Origin: an uncultured delta proteobacterium
GTDB taxonomy: Bacteria > Myxococcota_A > Polyangia > Polyangiales > Polyangiaceae
Length of the DNA stretch: 64,000 bases
Direction of reading: 5' to 3'
NCBI GenBank assembly: GCA_963841435.1
Contig: CAWJCS010000001.1
Location: forward strand, 160,001-224,000
How positions within the stretch are numbered: the first letter of the stretch is position 1; every line of letters begins with the position of its first letter. Made by a program: the position numbers and the translations under genes. The notes under the pieces are model-generated. The model was not told the DNA's origin. It saw nothing but the letters and a program-made list of their open reading frames with translations, and did no database searches. Shown here piece by piece: positions 21,377 to 30,692 of this stretch.

Positions 21377-22962
21377 GGCTCGGTCCGAGCTCACTCATGG
21401 CCGGTCGATCGCCCCGCGTGGCGGCAGTGCTCGCCGCCCTCAGCCTCTTGCCCATTCCCGCCGCGCACGCCGCGGAGCCCACGCCCGGCGCGTCTGCCGG
21501 TACGCCCGCGCCGACGACCCCGGCGGGGCCCGCCGCTCCGAAAGCGGGTGACGACGCCAAGGCCGAGGCCGCGCGTCGTTTCGATCGCGGGCTCAAGCTG
21601 TTCAACGCCGGGGATAACGCGGGCGCGCTCGCCGAGTTCAAGCGCATCTACGAGATCGTCCCGAACCCGGTCGTGCTCTACAACATCGGTCTCGTCTACG
21701 CCGCGATGGCGCGGCCGGTCGACGCCGTTGACGCGCTGGAGTCGGCCATCAAGAGCGGCGTGCTGTCGGCCTCGGATCTCGAGCGAGCAACGGCCACGCT
21801 CAACGACCAGGCGGCCCGCGTGGCGCGCCTCAACGTCACCACGGTGCCCGAGCAAGCCGCCATCGAGGTCGACGGCGTGCAGGTCGCGAAAACACCCCTG
21901 CTTTCACCCATTCGCATCGCCGAGGGCAATCACATCGTCGGCGCCGCCGCGGAGGGTTACACGCCCGCTCGCAAGGAAATCGTCGTGGCCGGCAACGTTG
22001 ACGCGAGCCTGCATCTGGAGCTCGTGCGGTCGCGCGGCAAGGGCGTCGGGAACCTGTCGGTGCGCACGGCGACGCTCGGCGCGGAGGTGCACGTCAACGG
22101 CAAGCCGATGGGGCGAACGCCGCTCGCGACCTCGCTCACGCTGCCCATGGGCAACCACGAGGTCGAGCTCCGCCGTCCCGGTTACGTTTCCGAGCGGCGC
22201 CAGATCAGCCTGGGCGAAGGCGCCACCGGTGAGGTCGCGCTCGACCTTCGCGTCGACCCCCAGGCGCTCGGTCGCGACGGCGCCACGCTCCTCATCGAGT
22301 CGTCCGAGTCGCCCTTCGAGGTGACGGTCGATGGAGAGCGCAGGGGCGTGTATGGCGCCTCGCTGCGCCTGCCTCGTGGTCCGCACGACGTCACCGTGAC
22401 CGCCGCGGGGTTCGTCCCCGGCGAGCGGGTCGTGACGCTCGAGCCGTCGGTGACCAACGTCGCGCGCTTCGTGCTCGAGCCCACGCCCGAGACGCGCGAG
22501 CGCCACCGCAGCAACGCGCTCTTTCATCGTTACTGGGGCATTGGTGGCATCATCGGTGGGGCGGTCCTCGGTGGCGTGGGCACGGCGCTCGTCGTCGTCG
22601 GCTCGGGGCAAAAGAAGGACGGCGAGGACGGTATCGCCGAGGTCGAGCGCAAGCTCGAGGCGGACGAGCCGCCCTGCGACCAGTTCAGCGGGTTCGCGGC
22701 CGAGCCGGACCAGACCCAAATGCAGTGCGATCAGGCCCGGGCCGACGCCCAGTCCAAGGTCGATGCAGGCCGCACGAAGAGCATCGCGGGTTTCGTCGGG
22801 ATCGGGGTCGGGGGCGCCGTCGCCGTTACGGGCCTCGTCCTTCTCCTCACGGGTGACGATCCCGACCAGTACGAGCACCCGAGGGCCGGCCTGCCGGGGG
22901 CCCGCTTCGCCTTGCGGACGGGTCCCGGTGAGATCGGGGCCTCCCTGAGCGCGAGCTTCTGA
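21370..22962 (+). CDS. TPR + PEGA-domain protein with Gly-rich hydrophobic segments and C-terminal Phe
   Basis: Signal peptide; TPR-like EAARRFDRGLKLF...VLYNIGLVY; three PEGA-like repeats (IEVDGVQVAKTPL, VHVNGKPMGRTPL, GNHEVELRRPGY); ends GASLSASF; start may be 21397. Confidence 0.85.
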   Translation: MLRLGPSSLMAGRSPRVAAVLAALSLLPIPAAHAAEPTPGASAGTPAPTTPAGPAAPKAGDDAKAEAARRFDRGLKLFNAGDNAGALAEFKRIYEIVPNPVVLYNIGLVYAAMARPVDAVDALESAIKSGVLSASDLERATATLNDQAARVARLNVTTVPEQAAIEVDGVQVAKTPLLSPIRIAEGNHIVGAAAEGYTPARKEIVVAGNVDASLHLELVRSRGKGVGNLSVRTATLGAEVHVNGKPMGRTPLATSLTLPMGNHEVELRRPGYVSERRQISLGEGATGEVALDLRVDPQALGRDGATLLIESSESPFEVTVDGERRGVYGASLRLPRGPHDVTVTAAGFVPGERVVTLEPSVTNVARFVLEPTPETRERHRSNALFHRYWGIGGIIGGAVLGGVGTALVVVGSGQKKDGEDGIAEVERKLEADEPPCDQFSGFAAEPDQTQMQCDQARADAQSKVDAGRTKSIAGFVGIGVGGAVAVTGLVLLLTGDDPDQYEHPRAGLPGARFALRTGPGEIGASLSASF

Positions 22963-23001
22963 TCGTCGCGCGAGCCCGCGCGTGGCAGAGGTCAGCGGAC
23001 G

Positions 23002-23754
23002 ATGTTGCCGCGGCACGAGGTGACGCGCGTTCGGCGCTGGCTCCGTTCGGGTAGCTCCGCGCCCCTCGTCGTCGAGACGCGTGCGGGAACGTTCGTGGCG
23101 AAGCTCCGGGGAGCGGGACACGGGGTCACCGCGGTCGTCGCCGAGATCATCGTCGCGGCGCTCGCCGTGCGGCTGGGTCTTCCCGTTCCGGAGGCGGTGC
23201 TCCTCGAGCTCGGCCCGGAGACGCCTAGCGACGACGCCAACGACGAGCTCGCGGACCTGCTCGTGCGTAGCGTGGGCACCAACCTCGGTGTGCGCTTCTT
23301 GCCGGGCGCGCGCGTGCCGCGCGCCGAGGAGCTCGCGCGGCTCGACGACGACTTCGTGGCGCGAGCGCTGTGGCTCGACGGGCTCACGATGAACCCGGAT
23401 CGCACGCCGCAGAACCCCAATCTGCTCTTTTGGCACGGCCGCCCCTGGCTCATCGACCACGGCGCCGCGCTGCCGTTTCACCATGCCTGGGCCGAGGTGA
23501 GCGAGGACACGCCGCGGGAGCCGACGCCTTTCGGGGGGCACCTTTTCGAGGCAAAGACCGGGCTGCTCGCGGCGGTCGACGACGCGCTGTCCGAGCGCCT
23601 CGGCTCGGAGGCGCTCGCTGCCGCGATGCAAGACGTTCCGGACGAGCTCTTGCGCGACCTCGGGGCGTTCGTCGATCCGGAGCGGGCGCGCGTGGCGTAC
23701 CAGGCGTTTTTGCACAAGCGCCTCAAGCCGCCGCGCCCTTTCGTCACCTCGTAA
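23002..23754 (+). CDS. HipA-like kinase (HipA_2 type)
   Basis: GSSAP, VAKLRGAGHG, AEII, NLGVRFLPGA, NPDRTPQNPNLL, WLIDHGAAL. Confidence 0.85.
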   Translation: MLPRHEVTRVRRWLRSGSSAPLVVETRAGTFVAKLRGAGHGVTAVVAEIIVAALAVRLGLPVPEAVLLELGPETPSDDANDELADLLVRSVGTNLGVRFLPGARVPRAEELARLDDDFVARALWLDGLTMNPDRTPQNPNLLFWHGRPWLIDHGAALPFHHAWAEVSEDTPREPTPFGGHLFEAKTGLLAAVDDALSERLGSEALAAAMQDVPDELLRDLGAFVDPERARVAYQAFLHKRLKPPRPFVTS

Positions 23755-23873
23755 ACGTGCTCTCCGAGTGGAACGCTGCGCTGGGTCGCAGGTGACGGCG
23801 TCGCACGTCGGTCGCCTCCCCATCCAAAGCCATGCTTCTTCGCATCTCGCGACTCGTGCGTTAGGTTCACGGC

Positions 23874-24416
23874 ATGCCGCCGCGGATGCTCGCCGGGCGG
23901 GGGTCGTCGCGCCTCGAGCCACCGAGCTTGCGCCGCGAGCGCGATTTTCTCCAGGCGTCTCGTCGCAGCCGCGTGTTGCATCAGGGCCTCGTGGCGCCGC
24001 CGATCACGCGTGATCAGTTTCGTGCCTATCTCCGGCGCGTGCGCGACGCGTCGCACCGCGGATACTTCGTGTGCCTCCCGAGCGGTGAGCTCGCGGGTGT
24101 CATCAACCTGAACGAGATCGTGCGCGGCCCGTTCCGTTCGGCGTACCTCGGTTACTACGCCTTGTCGCCGCACGACGGTCAGGGTCACATGGCGGCCGGT
24201 CTCGGCCTCGTGATGGCGCAGGCCTTCCGAACACAGCGACTGCACCGGCTCGAGGCCAACATCCAGCCGCACAATCGACGCTCGATTCGGCTCGTGGAAT
24301 GCGCGGGGTTCCGGCTCGAAGGTTTTTCGCCGCGCTATCTCAAGATCGACGGGCGCTGGCGGGACCACGAGCGCTGGGCGATCACCCTCGAAGATTGGCT
24401 CGCAGTGCGGCGCTAG
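23874..24416 (+). CDS. RimJ/RimL-like GNAT N-acetyltransferase
   Basis: GVINLNEIVRGPFRSAYLGYY, LHRLEANIQPHNRRS, GFRLEGFSPRYLKIDGRWRDHERWA. Confidence 0.9.
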   Translation: MPPRMLAGRGSSRLEPPSLRRERDFLQASRRSRVLHQGLVAPPITRDQFRAYLRRVRDASHRGYFVCLPSGELAGVINLNEIVRGPFRSAYLGYYALSPHDGQGHMAAGLGLVMAQAFRTQRLHRLEANIQPHNRRSIRLVECAGFRLEGFSPRYLKIDGRWRDHERWAITLEDWLAVRR

Positions 24417-24576
24417 GCGCGCTCGAGCGTGATGCCGCTCGCGGCGGGCCCCGGCCCCGGGCCTCACCGTCGAGGCGCGCCTATTTCGCGGTCACCGGCG
24501 CGGTGCCGCCCCGAAAGGTCCGCCGAAACCCGCCCGAGGCTTGCGCGCTCGCCCGCGCGCGCCGAGGATTCGCCAC

Positions 24577-25152
24577 GTGGGAGACGATCGCCCGACCCTC
24601 TCCGACGAGACGGACCCGATGCAGAGTGTGGTCCGGGCGCTGTGGTTCGCAGCCCGCGCTCACCGGGAGCAGAAACGCAAAGGGAGTGGCGAGCCCTACG
24701 TGAATCACCTCATCGAGGTCGTGGAGCTGCTCACCCGTGTCGCCGAGGTGCGGGACCGCGAGCTCCTGTCGGCCGCCGTGCTGCACGACGTGCTCGAGGA
24801 CACCGAAGTGACGGCCGAGGAAATCGAGGCGGAGTTCGGTCCGCGCGTGCGACAGGTGGTGGAAGCCCTGACCGACGACAAGCAATTGCCGAAGGAAGTG
24901 CGCAAGGAGCTTCAGGTCGAGCACATGCGCGATGCGTCGGCTTGTGTCCGTCTCGTGAAGCTCGCCGACCACACGAGCAACGTCGCGTCGTTGCCCGCGA
25001 GTTGGCCCTACGAGCGAAGGGTCGAATTCCTCGACTGGTCGGAGCGCGTGGCCGCGCTGTGCGCCGACACCTCCGAGCCACTCGACCGCGAGTACCGCGC
25101 TCGGGTCGCCCTGGCGCGCGCGGTGCTCGAACGCGAGGCCTCGGGTCGCTGA
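24577..25152 (+). CDS. HD-domain small alarmone hydrolase (Mesh1/SAH-like)
   Basis: AHREQKRKGSGEPYVNHLIEV, AAVLHDVLEDT, LTDDK, VKLADHTSN; no synthetase domain; start GTG 24577 or ATG 24619. Confidence 0.85.
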   Translation: MGDDRPTLSDETDPMQSVVRALWFAARAHREQKRKGSGEPYVNHLIEVVELLTRVAEVRDRELLSAAVLHDVLEDTEVTAEEIEAEFGPRVRQVVEALTDDKQLPKEVRKELQVEHMRDASACVRLVKLADHTSNVASLPASWPYERRVEFLDWSERVAALCADTSEPLDREYRARVALARAVLEREASGR

Positions 25153-25245
25153 GCGAGCGCGCCGGCTGCCGAAACTCGCGCCGAGGGGCCCCTTCCGAAC
25201 TCGCTTGCCGGGCCCCTGCGATCGTACGAGAATGGTGATTGGCGC

Positions 25246-25695
25246 ATGAGCCTTTCGTGGTGGCACTGGGTCGTGCTCGGCCTCGTGCTCGGGCTCGCCG
25301 AAGTGCTGGGTCCGGGCGGGTTCGATTTCATCTTCTTCTCGGTGGGTGCGGTCGCCGTGGGGGTGCTCTCGGCGGTGGGGGTCGCGGGTCCCGCCTACGC
25401 TCAGCTGCTCGAGTTCTCCGTGCTCTCGCTGATTTCGCTCTCGCTGTTTCGTTCGCGATGGCTCGGGCGTCTGGCGAGGGACCCGCACGCCGATCAGATC
25501 GACACGCTCGTGTCGGAGGTCGGCACGCTCAGCGAGGATCTCGCGCCGGGCGCCGTAGGCAAGGTGGAGCTCCGGGGTGCGGCATGGACCGCCAAGAATG
25601 TTTCGCCGAGCGCCCTAAAGCGCGGCGCACGCTGTGTCGTCGTTCACGTCGAAGGCCTGACGCTGCACGTTGGGCCCGAAGGAGCTTCCGGATGA
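25246..25695 (+). CDS. NfeD-like membrane protein (short form)
   Basis: WWHWVVLGLVLGLAEVL; C-terminal OB-fold-like GKVELRGAAWTA...VEGLTLHV; coupled to the SPFH gene. Confidence 0.88.
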   Translation: MSLSWWHWVVLGLVLGLAEVLGPGGFDFIFFSVGAVAVGVLSAVGVAGPAYAQLLEFSVLSLISLSLFRSRWLGRLARDPHADQIDTLVSEVGTLSEDLAPGAVGKVELRGAAWTAKNVSPSALKRGARCVVVHVEGLTLHVGPEGASG

Positions 25696-26615
25696 TCGGT
25701 ACCTTGATCGTGTTTTCCGGTCTGGCTCTGCTCGCCCTCGTCGTCGTCGCCAAGACGGCGGTCGTCGTGCCACAGCAGAGCGCGTTCGTCGTGGAGCGCC
25801 TCGGTCGCTTCCACCAGGTGATGCAGGCGGGGTTCCACGTCCTTTTGCCGTTCGTGGACAACATCCGCTATCGCCACTCGCTCAAGGAGGCGGCCGTCGA
25901 CATTCCCGCGCAGGTCTGCATCACGCGCGACAACGTGCAGGTGGGTGTCGACGGGGTCCTCTACCTCAAGGTGCTGAGCCCCGAGCGCGCTTCCTACGGT
26001 ATCGCCGACTACCATTTCGCGATATCGCAGCTCGCTCAGACCACATTGAGGAGCGAAATCGGCAAAATCGACCTCGACAAGACCTTCGAGGAGCGCATGA
26101 ACATCAACGCCTCCGTCGTCACCGAGCTCGACAAGGCGTCCGAGCCGTGGGGCGTGAAGGTGCTCCGCTACGAGATCAAGAACATCACGCCGCCGCAGGA
26201 CGTGCTCGCCGCGATGGAGAAGCAGATGCGCGCCGAGCGCGAGAAGCGCGCCGTGATTCTCACCTCGGAGGGTGCGCGCGACGCCGCCATCAACACGGCC
26301 GAAGGCGACAAGCAGCAGGTGATCAAGGCGAGCGAGGCGCGCCGTCAGCAGCAGATCAACGAGGCGGACGGGCAGGCAGCCGCGATCCTCTCGGTGGCGA
26401 CGGCCACCGCGGAGGGCCTCCGACAGGTGGCGTCGGCGATGCGTGAGCCCGGCGGCGTCGAGGCGACGCAGCTTCGCGTCGCCGAGCAATACGTGCACCA
26501 GTTCGGCGCCCTGGCCCAGCGCAGCAACACCATCATCCTGCCCGCCAACGTCGCCGACGTGGCCTCGATGGTGGCCACCGCCATGCGCGTGTTCCAGGAG
26601 ACGGCGCGGCGCTGA
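25692..26615 (+). CDS. SPFH/stomatin-like protein (QmcA-like)
   Basis: VVERLGRF, QVCITRDNV, QLAQTTLRSEIG, AMEKQMRAEREKRA; ATGA overlap with the nfeD-like gene. Confidence 0.93.
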   Translation: MIGTLIVFSGLALLALVVVAKTAVVVPQQSAFVVERLGRFHQVMQAGFHVLLPFVDNIRYRHSLKEAAVDIPAQVCITRDNVQVGVDGVLYLKVLSPERASYGIADYHFAISQLAQTTLRSEIGKIDLDKTFEERMNINASVVTELDKASEPWGVKVLRYEIKNITPPQDVLAAMEKQMRAEREKRAVILTSEGARDAAINTAEGDKQQVIKASEARRQQQINEADGQAAAILSVATATAEGLRQVASAMREPGGVEATQLRVAEQYVHQFGALAQRSNTIILPANVADVASMVATAMRVFQETARR

Positions 26616-26652
26616 CGCCCGGGCCGAGACCGTTTTCGAAGCACCGTCGCCC

Positions 26653-27624
26653 GTGTACGATCCCGCTCTCCTCGCCGCCGGCGCCCTCTTGCTCTACCTC
26701 GGAGCGGAGTGGTTCGTCGGAGGGGCTGCGTCGCTGGCGCTTTCGCTCCGGATCCCGAAGCTCGTCGTCGGCCTGACCGTGGTCGCCTACGGGACGTCGG
26801 CGCCGGAGCTCGTCGTCGGCATGGGCGCGGCGCACACGGGGCACGGTGAGATTGCGCTCGCCAACGTGCTCGGGTCGAACATCGCGAACCTCGGGCTCAT
26901 CCTGGGCCTCACGGTGCTGATAAGGCCGACGCGCATCGATGGCTCGCTCAAGAAGCGCGAGCTGCCAGCGCTCGCGCTGAGCGCGCTCGTTTTGCCGTTC
27001 ATTCTTTACGACGGCGTGGTGAGCAAGCTCGAGGGCGCCCTGCTCGTGCTCGCCGCGTGCGTTTACACGGCGTGGATGCTGAGGGCCTCGCGTGGGGCGG
27101 CGGCCCAGGCTACGGCCGCGGAGAGCCTCGACGAGAAGGCGCACGACGCCGCGCTCGCTGGGGCACCCGAATCGCGGACCAGGGGACGTAGGGTCCTCAT
27201 CATGCTCGGGGGCCTTTTGCTCCTTTTGCTCGGCGGCAAGCTGTTCGTCGAGGCGGCCACGGATCTCGCGATCGCGTGGGGCATGAGCGAGCGCGTGGTC
27301 GGCCTGACCATCGTGGCCGTCGGGACATCGCTACCCGAGCTCGCGGCCAGCCTGATCGCCGCGTTTCGGGGTCACGGCGACCTCGCGGTGGGCAACGTCG
27401 TCGGGTCCAACATCTTCAACGTCCTCTTGTGCCTCGGTGCTTCGGCAACGTTCGGGTCGGTCGCTGCCCCCGTGGCGTCGGTGACCGCCGATCTCGTGGT
27501 CGTAGGGGTCATGACGCTGCTCGGGATCGCCTTCATGCGCACGGAGCGCGACATGCCGCGCTGGGAAGGCGGGTTGCTCCTCTTGCTCTACGTGGCGTTC
27601 CTGACGTGGCTCGCCGCGGGCTGA
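26653..27624 (+). CDS. Ca2+/Na+ antiporter (YrbG/CaCA family)
   Basis: Two alpha repeats: GTSAPEL...NVLGSNIAN and GTSLPEL...GNVVGSNIFN. Confidence 0.92.
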   Translation: MYDPALLAAGALLLYLGAEWFVGGAASLALSLRIPKLVVGLTVVAYGTSAPELVVGMGAAHTGHGEIALANVLGSNIANLGLILGLTVLIRPTRIDGSLKKRELPALALSALVLPFILYDGVVSKLEGALLVLAACVYTAWMLRASRGAAAQATAAESLDEKAHDAALAGAPESRTRGRRVLIMLGGLLLLLLGGKLFVEAATDLAIAWGMSERVVGLTIVAVGTSLPELAASLIAAFRGHGDLAVGNVVGSNIFNVLLCLGASATFGSVAAPVASVTADLVVVGVMTLLGIAFMRTERDMPRWEGGLLLLLYVAFLTWLAAG

Positions 27625-27733
27625 CGGCAGCCGAGTCATGCGTCCGGGCTCAGAACCGTCGAGGCGCTACCGGCGTGCGGCGGGATCGGTTTCTCGGCCA
27701 AGAGCCGTGCGGGGCCATGGTAGAGAAGTGCTA

Positions 27734-29056
27734 ATGCCGCGACTGCACGAGCCCAAGTCGAGCCGTTCGCCGAGCCGGGCCTGGAGCCCGCGTTGGGGCA
27801 CCGTGTTCGGCGTGCTCGCCGTGCTCGGCACGGCCCGCGGAGCGCGCGCGGCCACGCTCGATTGGAAGGGGCACACCTGGCAGGTGACCGCGTCCGGCAT
27901 GGCCGGCGTTTGCGACGGCGATCCCGCGAACGTCAGCGTCGATGTGGACGGGTACCTTCACCTCAGGATCGCCAACAACGGGGGTACGTGGTCGGCCGCG
28001 GAGGTCTTTACGACGGATCGCGTCGGCTTCGGCACTTACCAATGGCAGATCGACGGACCGATCGACGTGCTCGATCCGAACGTCGTTCTCGGGTTGTTCC
28101 CGTATGGGCCGGCGGCGGGGATTGGTGGGGACGGGACCAACGAGATCGACATCGAGTACTCGCGCTGGGGACGAGCGAACGGAGCGAACGGCGACTGGAC
28201 GAACTACCCAGCTTCCGGCAGCACCATCGGCGAGCACAGCTATTCCTTCTCGCTCGGAGGCGAGACGCTCTCCACCTCCCGCTTCACGTGGACGGGCACG
28301 AGCATCACGGACTTTCTCTTCGCCGGCCTCGTACCGAGCGACACGACGGCCAAAGCAATCGAAACCTGGACCTACGAGCCGCCGAATCCCATGGTGAACA
28401 TTCCGCAAGAGGCGTTGCCCCTCGGCATGAACCTGTGGTGCTTCGAGGCTCCGCCTTCGAATGACACGCCCGTCGAGATCGTGATCCGCGACTTTGCCTT
28501 CGTCCCGCTCGGGAGCTCGAGTGGCGCCGGCGGCGCGGGCGGGGCGGGCGGCACCGCGGGCTCGGGCGGGACGGGAGGCACCGCGGGCTCGGGAGCGGCG
28601 GGCGCACCGAGCGCGGGTGATGGTGGTGATACCGCGGAGCAAGGCGGCGCTGCCGGTGCGGCGATGGGAGGAGGCGGCGCAGGGGCCGGCACGGCGGGAA
28701 GCGGACAGGCCGGTGCGGCGATGGGAGGAGGCGGCGCGGGGGCCGGCATGGCGGGAAGCGGACAAGCCGGTGTGGCAATGGGAGGCAGCAGCACGGCCGG
28801 GAGCACGGGCGCGGGCGGAGGCGCGGCCGGCGCGCTCTCGTCTGCCGGCGGAGGGGTCGGTGGTGTCGGCGCGCCCTCGCCGGGCTCGGGCGGCGCGCAG
28901 CGTGAGGACGCCGGGTGCGCCTGCAACCTCACGCGCCGACGGCATTCCTCGAATCAGCGCGGGTCTTTCCTGCTCATCGCGGCCCTCGCCGTGGTCGGCC
29001 GCAGGGTCCGGCGGCGCTCCACCGCTTCTTTTCGCCCAGCGGCCCTACGAATCTAG
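27734..29056 (+). CDS. GH16-like secreted protein with Gly-rich linker and MYXO-CTERM-type anchor
   Basis: Signal peptide; catalytic-type NEIDIE motif; C-terminal GCAC, hydrophobic stretch and RRVRRR. Confidence 0.8.
   Translation: MPRLHEPKSSRSPSRAWSPRWGTVFGVLAVLGTARGARAATLDWKGHTWQVTASGMAGVCDGDPANVSVDVDGYLHLRIANNGGTWSAAEVFTTDRVGFGTYQWQIDGPIDVLDPNVVLGLFPYGPAAGIGGDGTNEIDIEYSRWGRANGANGDWTNYPASGSTIGEHSYSFSLGGETLSTSRFTWTGTSITDFLFAGLVPSDTTAKAIETWTYEPPNPMVNIPQEALPLGMNLWCFEAPPSNDTPVEIVIRDFAFVPLGSSSGAGGAGGAGGTAGSGGTGGTAGSGAAGAPSAGDGGDTAEQGGAAGAAMGGGGAGAGTAGSGQAGAAMGGGGAGAGMAGSGQAGVAMGGSSTAGSTGAGGGAAGALSSAGGGVGGVGAPSPGSGGAQREDAGCACNLTRRRHSSNQRGSFLLIAALAVVGRRVRRRSTASFRPAALRI
28652..28786 (+). repeat. 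57-bp in-frame tandem repeat (~2.4 copies) encoding AGAAMGGGGAGAG(T/M)AGSGQ
   Basis: Units start at 28652, 28709 and 28766 (partial). Confidence 0.8.
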
Positions 29057-29244
29057 AACGTGAGCACGTCGCCGCGCGCCACCACGCCGACGGTGACGAA
29101 GCGGATGTCCGCGCCGGATGCGATCACGAGGCCTGCCTCGCCGTCGAGCTGGAAGCGAGGCCTGTCGAGCGCCACGAAGCCGATGCCGAACCGATTGGAG
29201 AGCGGCAGCTGGCGGCGGGTCTTCGCGACGGCGCTCTCGGATTT
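29053..29244 (-). pseudogene. Start-less remnant of the 3' end of a beta-strand-rich (outer-membrane-like) gene
   Basis: Minus frame reads ...RFGIGFVALDRPRFQLDGEAGLVIASGADIRFVTVGVVARGDVLTF* with GC-rich third positions; bounded upstream by an in-frame TAG with no plausible start. Confidence 0.45.
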
Positions 29245-29285
29245 CTACGTCGAGTACCGTTTCGTGTGTCTGGCGCCGCAGGCGC

Positions 29286-30275
29286 TCAGCCGTGCGCGCC
29301 CGCCTGCGCCCGGATGATGCGATCGGTGAGCGCGTCGAACTCGCGGTCAACCACGCGGCGGCTCGCGTCGGCGTCGTACCAGGCGAGCACCTCGTGCGCG
29401 CCCTGCTCGTAGGGAATCGTCGCGACGAAACCGGGCACGACCGACTTCAGCTTGGAGTTGTCGAAGACCATGCTGTGCGCCTTGTCCCCGAGCAGCCCGG
29501 CTCCCCAACCGGCGTCGTACTTGGCAATCACCTCCGACGGCACGTGCACGAGCTCGGGCTCGACGCCTGCCGCGCGCCCGAGGATCTCGTGGATCTGATT
29601 CCAGGTGAGCACCTCGTCCGTGGTGACGTGAAACGCTTCTCCCAGTGTGCGGCGGTTACCGAGCAGGCCGTTGAAGCCCTTGGCGAAATCGTCGTGATGG
29701 GTCAAGACCCAGAGCGAGGTGCCGTCACCGTGCACGATGACGGGCAGCTTGCGACGCATGCGGTCGATCACCGTGTAGCCGCCTTCGGCGGGAAGCAGCC
29801 GGCAGTCGTAGGTGTGCGATGGGCGCACGATGGTGGCGGGGAAGTCGTTCTCGCGGTACGCGTGCACGAGCAGGTCTTCGCACGCGATTTTATCGCGTGA
29901 GTATTGCCAGAAGGGATTCTTGAGCGGGGTCAACTCGGTAACGGGCAGGCGCGAGGGCGGCGTCTGGTAGGCGGACGCCGAGCTGATGAACACGTATTGT
30001 CCGGTTCTACCGCTGAAGAAGTCGATGTCGGCCTGAACGTGGGCGGGCGTGAACGCGACCCAGTCAACGACGACATCGAACGCGCGGCTGCCGAGCGCCG
30101 CGCGCACCGATGACGGGTCACGGATGTCGCCCTTGATGACCTCGACTCCGTCGGGCACGCCGCGCGTGCTCTGGCCGCGCGCAAAGAACGAGAGCCGCAC
30201 GCCGGGCTCGCGCACGAGCCGTCGGGCGCAACCCGAGCTGATGATGCCGGTGCCGCCGATGAAGAGGACGTTCAT
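29286..30275 (-). CDS. NAD-dependent epimerase/dehydratase (atypical SDR)
   Basis: MNVLFIGGTGIISS, YVFISSASAY, YSRDK, VRPSHTY, HGDGTSLW. Confidence 0.92.
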   Translation of the reverse strand: MNVLFIGGTGIISSGCARRLVREPGVRLSFFARGQSTRGVPDGVEVIKGDIRDPSSVRAALGSRAFDVVVDWVAFTPAHVQADIDFFSGRTGQYVFISSASAYQTPPSRLPVTELTPLKNPFWQYSRDKIACEDLLVHAYRENDFPATIVRPSHTYDCRLLPAEGGYTVIDRMRRKLPVIVHGDGTSLWVLTHHDDFAKGFNGLLGNRRTLGEAFHVTTDEVLTWNQIHEILGRAAGVEPELVHVPSEVIAKYDAGWGAGLLGDKAHSMVFDNSKLKSVVPGFVATIPYEQGAHEVLAWYDADASRRVVDREFDALTDRIIRAQAGAHG

Positions 30276-30630
30276 GCGCTCCACGATAGTACTCGGTCGA
30301 GCCGCGGCATCACGCGCTCGTGCCCTGAGCTCGACCGGTACCGGTTTCAGATCAGCGCTCCGTTTGGCCGTCGTCTGGTGTCGTGTCGGTCGAGCCGCGA
30401 GGCTCGGTCGAACTCGGCTGCGCACGTCGCCACCGCCGCGCTCCGTCATCCACGCCGAAATACCTAGGCTGCCTCTTTATCGCCTCGTTCGGGTACGTAC
30501 GTCCTTTCCTCGATCGCATCGCGCGAGATTCGGACGAGCCAAGAATTGTTTGGCGTGACTCAAGTGGATCGATCGCTTTGGAAATAGCGCACGCGATCAG
30601 AGTCAATGCGGTCGCAGAACCTACATGGGC

Positions 30631-30639
30631 TGCTAGAAT
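30631..30639 (+). promoter_or_regulatory. Extended -10 promoter element of the vWA gene
   Basis: TGCTAGAAT about 55 nt upstream of a GAGGTG-preceded TTG start. Confidence 0.4.
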
Positions 30640-30692
30640 CCTCCACCGGACTACCCCAGGGCCGGGTGTCGTACGCCACTCCGAGGTGCCCC

